In this document: one piece after another, positions 26,205 through 34,510 of the stretch
Numbering within the stretch: position 1 is the stretch's first letter
How the letters are laid out: each line of letters begins with the position of its first letter
Source: a virus
Length of the DNA stretch: 64,000 nt
Virus record (IMG/VR): IMGVR_UViG_3300045988_064633
Location: 16,129 to 80,128 of that record
Strand: one strand, 5' to 3'
Program-made: the position numbers and the translations under genes
The notes under the pieces: model-generated
Seen by the model: the letters and a program-made list of their open reading frames with translations, nothing else
The model's database searches: none
Told to the model about the DNA's origin: nothing

Positions 26205-26418
26205 TTTTGTGCACCAATCCTTCCTTAAAAGCTACTATTGCAGCTTCCTTACTGTGATGTATTTTTGTTATGGTTTTACATTCTGTGCATTCACACCAAT
26301 ATAAATCTCCTCCATAATGCCGGTTATAATCTGCGAAAACATGAAAACGATTCCCGCATTTAGGGCAAATCCTACTTTTACCATTTTCAACATTAATTCC
26401 CATTCTTTCATTAAACAT
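26176..26418 (-). CDS. Lar-like zinc-ribbon protein
   Basis: RICPKCGNRF ... CECTECK ... SKEAAIVAFKEG; start trimmed to MFNERMG. Confidence 0.45.
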   Translation of the reverse strand: MFNERMGINVENGKSRICPKCGNRFHVFADYNRHYGGDLYWCECTECKTITKIHHSKEAAIVAFKEGLVHKNEQSEHIWA

Positions 26419-26752
26419 CGAACATTTCCTCGTTATCATCACCAGAATCGAAATCTGACGTTTCTTCACAATCAGTTGATTTATTTCTGGACATATTCTT
26501 TCCACGTTCGATCAGTTCTGTTCTCTGCTCTTCGGTCAATTCTCTTGGTGCTCGTAATTTCACGTACTTAACTGGGACATAGGCAAATATGGAACCATCT
26601 TTGTTTGTGGTCAGAATCTTCACATCTTCTGGATGCTGTTCTGCAAGCTTCAGGACTCTTCCTTTCATCTTACTGCCGTTATGCGCTGATACTTCTGCGT
26701 ACTCACCACCGCGAATCCACGCAATGCTGCATTCATTGCAATTCTCTGTCAT
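26411..26752 (-). CDS. Hypothetical protein
   Basis: 113-aa ORF. Confidence 0.5.
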   Translation of the reverse strand: MTENCNECSIAWIRGGEYAEVSAHNGSKMKGRVLKLAEQHPEDVKILTTNKDGSIFAYVPVKYVKLRAPRELTEEQRTELIERGKNMSRNKSTDCEETSDFDSGDDNEEMFDV

Positions 26753-26754
26753 GA

Positions 26755-27210
26755 TTAGTCCTCTCTTTCTCCAAATCCAAATTCTTTATTTATATTTATG
26801 GAATCAAATTCAAGTTTAATTCCCATTGTTTCTTTTGCTTCCTGGTATGCTTTTTCAATTCCAACTTCTTCAATGTGTTCTTTGGCAGAGTTTAGGTTTT
26901 CTAAGAATCTCTGATTGGATTTTGTAAATCCCCATGTTTTCTTAATTGCAAACAAACTGATAAGAACATTTGCAACTGCGATATAATCCTCTGCTTTCCA
27001 TAGCTTTTCTTGTGATTCTGAAATAAGTTCTTCCGATATTTCCTTGCGTATTTCATCTTCACGTTGCTTCAAGTACAGTTTTAGTGTTTCAACTCTTGCA
27101 CCTGTCGTTTTGGAAATCTGTTCCAAACTGTAATTACTAAAATTGTATGGAATTGGATTCCGTGACTTTTCAGCCGCTTTCTGCTGTCTTCTTCTCTCTG
27201 CCCTGTTCAT
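26755..27210 (-). CDS. Hypothetical protein
   Basis: 151-aa ORF. Confidence 0.5.
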   Translation of the reverse strand: MNRAERRRQQKAAEKSRNPIPYNFSNYSLEQISKTTGARVETLKLYLKQREDEIRKEISEELISESQEKLWKAEDYIAVANVLISLFAIKKTWGFTKSNQRFLENLNSAKEHIEEVGIEKAYQEAKETMGIKLEFDSININKEFGFGERED

Positions 27211-27458
27211 ACTCCCATCATCCCTTTCAACTGGTTTGTGATTAGAACAAATTCTTTCAGAAGTTTCCTGTCTAATGGTGTGGTTCCGGTCACGGTATTA
27301 TCGCCATCATAGACAACTGCGTATTTTTCGTTAATCAGTTTTGCGGATGAAACCGCATTCAAAACTTCTTGTCTGGAGCATTTTAGCATTTGCGAAATAT
27401 CATCAGCGGTCATATCGCCAATCCATTGTTCATTCTCGAAAACACTGTATATTCTCAT
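27207..27458 (-). CDS. Hypothetical protein
   Basis: 83-aa ORF, 4-nt overlaps. Confidence 0.5.
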   Translation of the reverse strand: MRIYSVFENEQWIGDMTADDISQMLKCSRQEVLNAVSSAKLINEKYAVVYDGDNTVTGTTPLDRKLLKEFVLITNQLKGMMGV

Positions 27459-27724
27459 ACTTCTGCCACCTTTTGATATTCATATCCAACAAGGTGAAAC
27501 GCTCGCGGAGTATTCGGATGCGCAGTAGCAATCAAGCCATCAAGTTCGAGCTGCCTCATATGTCGTTGCACAGTTGCTTTTGATATGCCAAGGCTTTCGG
27601 AAATTTCTTTAAATGACGGTGCGTATCCATATTTTGTAAAATATCTGATAAGAAACAGATAAATTTCTTTTCTGTTCTCTTGTCCCTCGAGATACTTTCT
27701 TTCGGTGTTATATTTACTTACCAT
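27455..27724 (-). CDS. Winged-helix DNA-binding protein (LexA N-terminal-domain-like)
   Basis: YGYAPSFKEISESLGISKATVQRHMRQLELDGLI; start after GAGGTAA. Confidence 0.55.
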   Translation of the reverse strand: MVSKYNTERKYLEGQENRKEIYLFLIRYFTKYGYAPSFKEISESLGISKATVQRHMRQLELDGLIATAHPNTPRAFHLVGYEYQKVAEV

Positions 27725-27866
27725 AGTTACCTCATTTCTTTTAACCTCTGGGTTCAGATCGCGATCATATGCCAAGGAAGTTGCATGAATCAGTCCAAAC
27801 CCAGAGGGCGTGCGCATATTTAGTTGTAATTATTTGGGATTTTGTCTGCCAGAACCGGCAGCTTTA

Positions 27867-28457
27867 TCATTTGTAAGATTCTTCATCAAGAAGATTATTG
27901 AATTTCTCAAGTGCCTTTATAGACACCTTGTTGTTTGATTTCTCCGGTTTGATTGATACTTCTAAGTGAGTATCAATGATATGCTTTAATTCTCTTGCAA
28001 GGGTTGTTTTTCCTTGCTTGATTCCATCTCTATAGCCTTTAGCTGGTTTGAATTCATTAATCTTTTCTTTCCCCTCGCCTTGGCTTCCAGATGTCTTGTT
28101 GTATCTGCATTGATAACCTTTCTTTGTATATTCCAGAATCCAGAACTGCTCCATTTTATCAAGCTGTTCTACCGGATAATGAATGAAATTAATTTTCCAT
28201 CCAAAAGGATTATCTTCACTGTAGAATCCTCTTTTCTTTATGGACAAGTCAATGTGCTGATATCCAGTGAGATGTGAACACATCCTCTGAATTATATGTA
28301 CTGCTTGCCCGATATAAAAGAATGGGATTCCGTTTTCATCTACTCTGGTTAAGAAATAAATACCGCTTTTGTTATCTAAATCCGGATTAACTTTTAAAAG
28401 CCTTTTCTTGTTACTCACTTCGATAGCCTTAAACTGACGAATTTTTTTATAATCCAC
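27867..28457 (-). CDS. GIY-YIG nuclease domain protein
   Basis: SGIYFL ... FFYIGQA ... R ... E spacing typical of GIY-YIG. Confidence 0.7.
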   Translation of the reverse strand: MDYKKIRQFKAIEVSNKKRLLKVNPDLDNKSGIYFLTRVDENGIPFFYIGQAVHIIQRMCSHLTGYQHIDLSIKKRGFYSEDNPFGWKINFIHYPVEQLDKMEQFWILEYTKKGYQCRYNKTSGSQGEGKEKINEFKPAKGYRDGIKQGKTTLARELKHIIDTHLEVSIKPEKSNNKVSIKALEKFNNLLDEESYK

Positions 28458-28463
28458 TAGGCA

Positions 28464-28901
28464 TCACTCCTTTTCAATCTGGTCAATGAGTTTCTTACAC
28501 TCATCTTTGACATAAGCAAGTGAACAGATTTTGAAATCCGTTTCGAAGCCGAAATCTTTGCTCGACTCTCTCCAGAAGTTTTCCATTGTATGAAAAAGTC
28601 TTTTAAAGTCTGGGTCATCTCCAAAATACTGTTTTGCTGTATCAACATCATATCCATCAAAACAATGAGCACAATCAAATCCAATCCACCATGTATTATC
28701 ATCGCTGCAATCATATAGTGATGGTTCTGCATAAGTAACTCCGCCATGACAGTTAAGATAGCCTAAATCGACAACTCTTTTCTTTGCTAACTTATGGCTG
28801 TAAGGTATTCCGACATATCCGCATCTGTATGCTCCGGGCATAAACAGAACTACACATGGATAACCTTTATAATCAAATTTGCACTCTAAAATTGGTTTCA
28901 T
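28464..28901 (-). CDS. Hypothetical protein
   Basis: 145-aa ORF with HGGVTY ... WWIGFDCAHCFD motif; family not recalled. Confidence 0.5.
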   Translation of the reverse strand: MKPILECKFDYKGYPCVVLFMPGAYRCGYVGIPYSHKLAKKRVVDLGYLNCHGGVTYAEPSLYDCSDDNTWWIGFDCAHCFDGYDVDTAKQYFGDDPDFKRLFHTMENFWRESSKDFGFETDFKICSLAYVKDECKKLIDQIEKE

Positions 28902-28912
28902 TTCATCGCTCC

Positions 28913-29335
28913 TTAATTAAACGGAAGTTCGTCATCCATAATTGACGGCATATCCATAAATCCACTTGTGTCCTGTTCTGGATTTGGAACTGGTGGCTGC
29001 AACTGTTCTTCTGGCTGGATCTTCTTGTTCTCCGCAAACTCATGTGTTTCCACAAGGCAATCATTTGTGTAGACTTTCCTTCCGTCCTTGTCAGTGTAAT
29101 TTCCAGTCCTCCAAGTTCCGATAACTGCAATCTTCATTCCTTTATACAGATATTTTTCGGCAAACTCACCATTCTTTCCAAGTGCAACACAATTTATGAA
29201 GTCTGATGTGCGTTCATTGTTTTTGCGATACTGTCTCTCAACTGCAAGTGTGTATCTGGCAATTGTTATATTGTTTGTTCCCATTCCTATTTCTGGGTCT
29301 TTTACCAAACGTCCGATCAAAATTACTTTATTCAT
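28913..29335 (-). CDS. ssb: Single-stranded DNA-binding protein
   Basis: MNKVILIGRLVKDPE OB-fold start and acidic tail DDELPF. Confidence 0.85.
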   Translation of the reverse strand: MNKVILIGRLVKDPEIGMGTNNITIARYTLAVERQYRKNNERTSDFINCVALGKNGEFAEKYLYKGMKIAVIGTWRTGNYTDKDGRKVYTNDCLVETHEFAENKKIQPEEQLQPPVPNPEQDTSGFMDMPSIMDDELPFN

Positions 29336-29702
29336 GTTTGTTCTCCTTGTACGGTTCTGGCATAGCTGGCAAAGGCATCCATGCAATTACTTTCAATTTT
29401 TCGAAACCGTCTGTAAAATATTCTCCATTCCACATTGCTCTGAATGGAATTGTTCCTTTTTCGGTAGCAATCAAATATATGTCTCCTTTAAAATTATGAT
29501 TAGGTTTTGGTTCCGGCGGCAGTTTCACGTCTACTGGAATCCACATATCCGATAAGCTATATGAATTAAACAGTTTCTCAATCTTTTCGATTGCATCATT
29601 CCAACCCTTGTTGTACCGACAGAACAATGGGTCAACTTTCTCTGGATTACTGTGAGTTGACGGCTTCTTTAATTTTTTAAGTGATTCTAAGAAATGTTCC
29701 AT
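29328..29702 (-). CDS. DUF551-like protein (second copy)
   Basis: MWIPVDVKLPPEP ... VIAWMPLPAMPEPYK. Confidence 0.55.
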   Translation of the reverse strand: MEHFLESLKKLKKPSTHSNPEKVDPLFCRYNKGWNDAIEKIEKLFNSYSLSDMWIPVDVKLPPEPKPNHNFKGDIYLIATEKGTIPFRAMWNGEYFTDGFEKLKVIAWMPLPAMPEPYKENKHE

Positions 29703-29816
29703 GTATCTTCCTCCTCATAATCATTGCAATACAGGGAACCGTAATCCCATGCTAACGTACAGCAGTTACGAAATCTGCATTTGCTACAATCTGTCATTTC
29801 CATGAAATTTCTCCTT

Positions 29817-30572
29817 TCAGAACGGGCATAAATTCAAGTCGACTTCCAGTCCAGCCCGTCCAATCTGAACCAGAACATTGTCTCCTGCGACTTCCTGTAT
29901 TTCTTTCTGTATTTTACAGGCATCAGATGAATCCCCACTTAAATGTACCAGTGTTACTGTTCGAAGTGATTCTGTGCGATTTTCCTTAATGAATTGCTTG
30001 CAAGTTGATAAAGAGCAATGCCCAGTGATCTGGTGCTCCCACTTCGAGTTGTTTCTGTCTATCAGCTCCTCGCAGTAATTACAACCAATAACCAAATGAT
30101 TAAGTTCCATTGATTTGAATTTGTACCTGCAATGCTCAAAGTCTGTCAGATAAAGAAGCTTTCCCATTTCTTCATGTTCCACCAGATACCCGAAGTTCGG
30201 ACACGGTTCTTTATTTGCGGATGTATGTGGCAGATTGAACGGAACTGCGCTGAAGGAACCGATTTTAAAATACCTCTTTTTAGTGACAGCTTTTATGGCT
30301 CCGTCCGTTATGCCTAAATTTTTGATTGTTTCTGCTCTGGTATAGACCGTGATTCCAGCGTTCATGATTTCACGAACAGTTTTGTTGTGATTGCCAGTGT
30401 GATCTCCGTGTTCATGGGAGAGAAGTACGCCAGAAACATTGCTTATCTGGTAGTCAATCCCTCTAAGGATTTTCTTGTAGTTGCATCCGCAGTCAAGAAG
30501 AACAATCTCGCCTGCACTTGACTGCAAAGCGTAGCAATTTCCTTTGGTACTACCTGTTGAAATTACTCGCAT
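29817..30572 (-). CDS. Metallo-beta-lactamase-fold hydrolase
   Basis: LLDCG ... LLSHEHGDHTG (HxHxDH). Confidence 0.75.
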   Translation of the reverse strand: MRVISTGSTKGNCYALQSSAGEIVLLDCGCNYKKILRGIDYQISNVSGVLLSHEHGDHTGNHNKTVREIMNAGITVYTRAETIKNLGITDGAIKAVTKKRYFKIGSFSAVPFNLPHTSANKEPCPNFGYLVEHEEMGKLLYLTDFEHCRYKFKSMELNHLVIGCNYCEELIDRNNSKWEHQITGHCSLSTCKQFIKENRTESLRTVTLVHLSGDSSDACKIQKEIQEVAGDNVLVQIGRAGLEVDLNLCPF

Positions 30573-30609
30573 GAACAAATGGCATCACCTCGCTTTCTGT
30601 GCATTGCAT

Positions 30610-30813
30610 TTATGCTTCTAAGATATTTTCAACTTCATCTATGGCTTTCTCTAAATCGGAATAGGCATATGGTATGTCTTTTCCTCTATTTAGACTCTCT
30701 AACTCCGCATAGCTTACTTTGCACATGCTGTCTCGTATTAATTTGAGTTCCCTCAACGTAAGTTCAATGGTTATTATCTGTTCCCAGTCCTTTTTACTGT
30801 CTACTCTCTTCAT
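30610..30813 (-). CDS. Hypothetical protein
   Basis: 67-aa ORF. Confidence 0.45.
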   Translation of the reverse strand: MKRVDSKKDWEQIITIELTLRELKLIRDSMCKVSYAELESLNRGKDIPYAYSDLEKAIDEVENILEA

Positions 30814-31160
30814 ACTTCATCATCCTCCGGGAATCTAAACACAATGTTTGCCGGTTCGAATTTCATATCTGGGCTGTTAACCATTATTTTGATGATTCCA
30901 AAACCTCTTGCAGCCATTTTTATGCATTCCTCGTAATCGTCATCGCTCATTTCAACGTTTTGCGCAAGAAACATTCCTGCATACACTTTATGCAACGCTT
31001 TCATAGCTTTTTTGGCTTTTTCTTTTGTCAAATAACGAGCCATAACTGTTCCCTTTTCACCTACCATCGGCACGTATGCTCTTATGATATTTCCGGTTCT
31101 ACTTAATGAAGTGATTTCATAAGGAACGTCAATTTCTCCATTCTGACTAATTAATCTCAT
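30810..31160 (-). CDS. Hypothetical protein, paralog of 22694..22927
   Basis: See the 22694 entry; 4-nt overlap with the RT stop. Confidence 0.5.
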   Translation of the reverse strand: MRLISQNGEIDVPYEITSLSRTGNIIRAYVPMVGEKGTVMARYLTKEKAKKAMKALHKVYAGMFLAQNVEMSDDDYEECIKMAARGFGIIKIMVNSPDMKFEPANIVFRFPEDDEV

Positions 31161-32176
31161 TTTATCCTCCTTTTAATTTCCGAATCCATACTATGGCATA
31201 ATTTGATACAATTTCCATGAAGCATATGATTTTGGCATGCTCCGTATTTTTCATGGAATTTTTCTATCGACATCTTCCCGTCATTCACTACCCGTACCCA
31301 TCTTCGGATTTTTCTCTGTGTTTTTCTTTTCTTATCACCACGCAATTTTCTGATATATTTTCCTTCATCAGTCACGTAATGGTGAAAGCCCAGATAACAC
31401 AATCCCATGCGAAATGGTACAATTTGTGATTTAGGGTTTAGCTCCAATCCAAGGCTTTCAATCATCATTCGGATTGCTTCAAGAATTTCTCTGGCATCTT
31501 CTTTCGTTTTACAAATCACATAAAAATCATCGTTGTATCGTCCGTAATATGGATTTCCAAATTCAATCGTTATCATCTGATCCAGTGAATGTAAAAGCAA
31601 CAATGCGTACTTTTGATTTACCTGATTTCCTAATGGAAGCCCGGGATTACCTGTACTGTCAATAAACAAATGGTTCAACCAGACTGTAAAATCATCATCA
31701 AAGTAATAATCCAAAACATCTTTCATGATTTCATGGTCTATGCAATAAAAGTATTTGTGAATATCACATTTTACAATCCAACTATTCATTCCATTTCTTT
31801 TATAGAAATCCAACATTTGATTTCTTAACCCGTCCATTGCCATGTGTTGTCCTTTTCCTTGCTGTCCGGCAGTGTTCCATTTAATCAGGATATTTTCAAG
31901 TTTCGGTGTCAGAATGTAATCAGAAAAGCATCTCTGCACTACTTTGTCCTTAAATGCACATGATTCTATCGTGCGCTCTTTTGGCTCATGAATTTGAAAT
32001 TTATTATACGGATTTATGGTATACGTTTGGCTTTCCAATTGTTCCTTCAAGAGATGAATGCCTTCAAGAGACAAATTAGAAAATCTTGCAGTACCTGAAT
32101 TAAATTTCTTACCGCTCTTAACCTTCTTGTAAGAACGATATAAATTTTCAAAATTTGTAACAATTTCTTTTTCCAT
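31157..32176 (-). CDS. Diversity-generating retroelement (DGR) reverse transcriptase
   Basis: RT motifs CDIHKYFYCIDH, LPLGNQVNQ (DGR-type GNxxxQ block), YNDD; immediately downstream of a TR with A-specific mismatches to two VRs. Confidence 0.9.
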   Translation of the reverse strand: MEKEIVTNFENLYRSYKKVKSGKKFNSGTARFSNLSLEGIHLLKEQLESQTYTINPYNKFQIHEPKERTIESCAFKDKVVQRCFSDYILTPKLENILIKWNTAGQQGKGQHMAMDGLRNQMLDFYKRNGMNSWIVKCDIHKYFYCIDHEIMKDVLDYYFDDDFTVWLNHLFIDSTGNPGLPLGNQVNQKYALLLLHSLDQMITIEFGNPYYGRYNDDFYVICKTKEDAREILEAIRMMIESLGLELNPKSQIVPFRMGLCYLGFHHYVTDEGKYIRKLRGDKKRKTQRKIRRWVRVVNDGKMSIEKFHEKYGACQNHMLHGNCIKLCHSMDSEIKRRIK

Positions 32177-32269
32177 TTATTTTGTTCCTTTGTATTTATC
32201 CGTTGCGGAAAGGTTATGCATTTGCTTGTATCTTTACTGATTTCAGCTTTACGCTTACTCTGTCTGCCT

Positions 32270-32347
32270 GTGATGCAGGTTGGGCGAACACCATTTTCGT
32301 TGTTGTAATTGTTGTTGTTGATATTGCCCGAAGGGGAAACAATAGTA
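32270..32347 (-). repeat. DGR template repeat (TR)
   Basis: The 67-bp core 32281-32347 matches 32791-32857 and 33393-33459. In frame it encodes SPSGNINNNNYNNENGVRP (AAC-rich). Confidence 0.85.
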
Positions 32348-32371
32348 TTCGCAGTGCATAACCTGTGAAAA

Positions 32372-32746
32372 TTATCTTTTCCTGTCTTTTGTTCTCCATG
32401 AAATAGTCATATACTTTATATCTTTTACCATTTGCGACCATGCTTCCATTCCACCGGAATTGATAATTCCTAATTCATATGAAAGTTCTATAAAGTACAT
32501 CAACTCATCACAATGAGTAATGGCTTTTGTTTGAAGTTCTAATCGTTCTCTTTTATAATCTTTCAGATCAGTTCGGTTGGCTTCAAATAGTGACTCATAA
32601 ATTTCCAATGCTTTATTTTGCATTTTATCTACAAGTGAAAACCTGTATTTCTTCGGGTATCGTCTGGCATTACTCGTAACTATTAATGTATGCTTTGCAA
32701 GTTGCTTGGATTTTGCTATTACCTTTAAATCTTCATTCGCCATCAA
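32372..32746 (-). CDS. avd: DGR accessory variability determinant (Avd, four-helix-bundle protein)
   Basis: 124-aa basic helical protein in the canonical target-avd-TR-RT order; resembles four-helix-bundle / 23S-IVS family proteins. Confidence 0.8.
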   Translation of the reverse strand: MMANEDLKVIAKSKQLAKHTLIVTSNARRYPKKYRFSLVDKMQNKALEIYESLFEANRTDLKDYKRERLELQTKAITHCDELMYFIELSYELGIINSGGMEAWSQMVKDIKYMTISWRTKDRKR

Positions 32747-33348
32747 TCATCATTTCCTGATTCAAAGATTGAAGAAGAAAAGATGCAAACTGGGCGAACA
32801 CCATTTCCGCCGCCGTAATTGCGGCTGCCGAAATTGCCCGAAGGGGAAACAATAGTAATTGTTGTACTGTAATCATTTGCTGGTGTACTCCATGGAGTAA
32901 GCAGCCACCACCATTTATCCATATTTGGAAGGATTTTTCTGTATTTTCGGTATTCATCCACCGTCAAAATCGAAATCTTATCTTTACAATGTGCATATTC
33001 TGTCTGACCGTCCATAGAAAGTAAATCTCGATCAAACTCAATAACTGCATCTTCTCCAAGCTCGTCCGTAATTTTTTTAAGAAAACGAGTGTTTAACTCA
33101 TTTCTCAGTTTACTTGAAATCCAGTTATTTGAAGCTGAATCAAATGTTCTTTCTTTTCCATCAAATCCATTCAAAATGGCAAAATATCCTTTTTCTGTCT
33201 TATCCAGAATCAGCCATTCCATACCAGCAAGTTCAATAGCTTTTCCGATTTCCGGCTTTCCGATGTGCTTTTTCTTGAATTCTGCGAACTCTTTACTTAA
33301 TCTGGATAATTCATCCTCAAAATATTTCAGATTTTTCTTCATAATCAT
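32743..33348 (-). CDS. DGR variable target protein 1 (C-type-lectin-like VR tail)
   Basis: C-terminus WWWLLTPWS...IVSPSGNFGSRNYGGGNGVRPVC carries VR1 48 nt before the stop. Confidence 0.85.
   Translation of the reverse strand: MIMKKNLKYFEDELSRLSKEFAEFKKKHIGKPEIGKAIELAGMEWLILDKTEKGYFAILNGFDGKERTFDSASNNWISSKLRNELNTRFLKKITDELGEDAVIEFDRDLLSMDGQTEYAHCKDKISILTVDEYRKYRKILPNMDKWWWLLTPWSTPANDYSTTITIVSPSGNFGSRNYGGGNGVRPVCIFSSSIFESGNDD
32791..32857 (-). repeat. DGR variable repeat VR1
   Basis: 11 differences from TR, all at TR plus-strand T (coding-strand A). Confidence 0.85.
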
Positions 33349-33950
33349 TCCTCCACCTTAGATACAAAGATATTAGATTTTAAGATACAAACTGGGCGAA
33401 CACCACTTCCGACGTCGTAAAGGTCGCCGCAGATACTGCCCGAAGGGGAAACAATAGCAATACTTTTTTTCCATCCACGTTCTTCCGTTGACCATGGCGA
33501 TAATGTCCAATACCAGTCGTTCAGATCATTGTTCGGTGTAATATCTGTGTATTCTCGTGCTTCATCAAATGTAATTGGACGGATTTTACAATCAACAGTC
33601 CCCAATTTCTGTCCATCCGCAGTGATAATATCTGCTGTGTGTGTTTCGACATTTTCTGCCCCGAATTCTTCTTCGAAGTCTTTCAGAATTTCAGTGTCAC
33701 ACAGTTTCTTTACGTTTGATGTTTTGTAATCTGAGGTATCACCAAACTCTACATTTTCTTTCACCAGATCAAGCGAAATAATTTTTGTTGTATCTCCATA
33801 CTGTTCCAGAACCTTGTATTTACGCTTTCCAGTGGTCTGAAATACTTCTCCTCGTTTCAGCGTTGACAACTCAACCTTTCCGGTTTCTTCCTGCTTTTCC
33901 AGAAGTTCAACCAGTTCCTTTGCTTTCTGTAAAATTTCTTTATTGTTCAT
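33345..33950 (-). CDS. DGR variable target protein 2 (paralog of target 1)
   Basis: C-terminus WYWTLSPWS...IVSPSGSICGDLYDVGSGVRPVC carries VR2 48 nt before the stop; start after GGAGGC. Confidence 0.85.
   Translation of the reverse strand: MNNKEILQKAKELVELLEKQEETGKVELSTLKRGEVFQTTGKRKYKVLEQYGDTTKIISLDLVKENVEFGDTSDYKTSNVKKLCDTEILKDFEEEFGAENVETHTADIITADGQKLGTVDCKIRPITFDEAREYTDITPNNDLNDWYWTLSPWSTEERGWKKSIAIVSPSGSICGDLYDVGSGVRPVCILKSNIFVSKVEE
33393..33459 (-). repeat. DGR variable repeat VR2
   Basis: 14 differences from TR, all at TR plus-strand T (coding-strand A). Confidence 0.85.
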
Positions 33951-34341
33951 TCCCGTTGCCTCCAAAAAATATTTCTCGCATATCTACTGCTGCGTACTTC
34001 TTATGCATAAGTTTCTTGTTTTTGATTGCCCCGTTCGGATTGTTGCAGACAAAATCTCTGCATATCTCAGGTCTCACTGGATAAATGAGACATTTTTCTT
34101 TTTCTTTGGAATCATCCAGGAACGGGCAAGTAAGGTCAAAAGCTACAACCGAAGGATAATTATGTTTCTGCTCAGTGATATGATGCTTCTTTACGTAACG
34201 TTTGATTTCTTTAATTTCTTTACTGGATATTGGCAAGTAGTTGCTACAACATTGTCCGCAACCACTGCATTTACCGTCCTTTGTGAATTCAAATACTCCA
34301 CATTTCATATCCTTCATGACTTCTTCTAACGTCCCGATCAT
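33940..34341 (-). CDS. YkgJ-family Cys-cluster (zinc/iron-chelating) protein
   Basis: CSGCGQCC ... CPFL ... C ... VRPEICRDFVC pattern. Confidence 0.65.
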   Translation of the reverse strand: MIGTLEEVMKDMKCGVFEFTKDGKCSGCGQCCSNYLPISSKEIKEIKRYVKKHHITEQKHNYPSVVAFDLTCPFLDDSKEKEKCLIYPVRPEICRDFVCNNPNGAIKNKKLMHKKYAAVDMREIFFGGNGNEQ

Positions 34342-34345
34342 GCTA

Positions 34346-34507
34346 TCACCTCGTAAGTTGAACAAGAATGTTCATAACAAGTGATACTGCCGAGGCTATG
34401 AACAATGGTCGGGTCTTATCCTTTGCGACCGCATAAATTATTGCGCCTAACAATGGTAAGAATGAGATATAAAGCAATGACTCAAACACTGAATGAATTA
34501 TTGACAT
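34346..34507 (-). CDS. 53-aa two-helix membrane peptide
   Basis: MSIIHSVFESLLYISFLPLLGAIIYAVAKDKTRPLFIASAVSLVMNILVQLTR; untracked ORF filling the gap. Confidence 0.35.
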   Translation of the reverse strand: MSIIHSVFESLLYISFLPLLGAIIYAVAKDKTRPLFIASAVSLVMNILVQLTR

Positions 34508-34510
34508 ATC

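Noticed and set aside
25299-29130. Same-strand alternative-frame ORFs 25299..25736, 28457..28747 and 28903..29130.
   Set aside because: Each lies entirely within, or mostly overlaps, a gene with clear family motifs (methyltransferase, the 145-aa protein, SSB).
32214-32957. ORFs 32214..32441 and 32733..32957, which share a near-identical peptide (LLFPLRAIS..ITxxxMVFAQ).
   Set aside because: They are out-of-frame readings of the DGR TR and VR1. The similarity simply reflects the nucleotide repeat.
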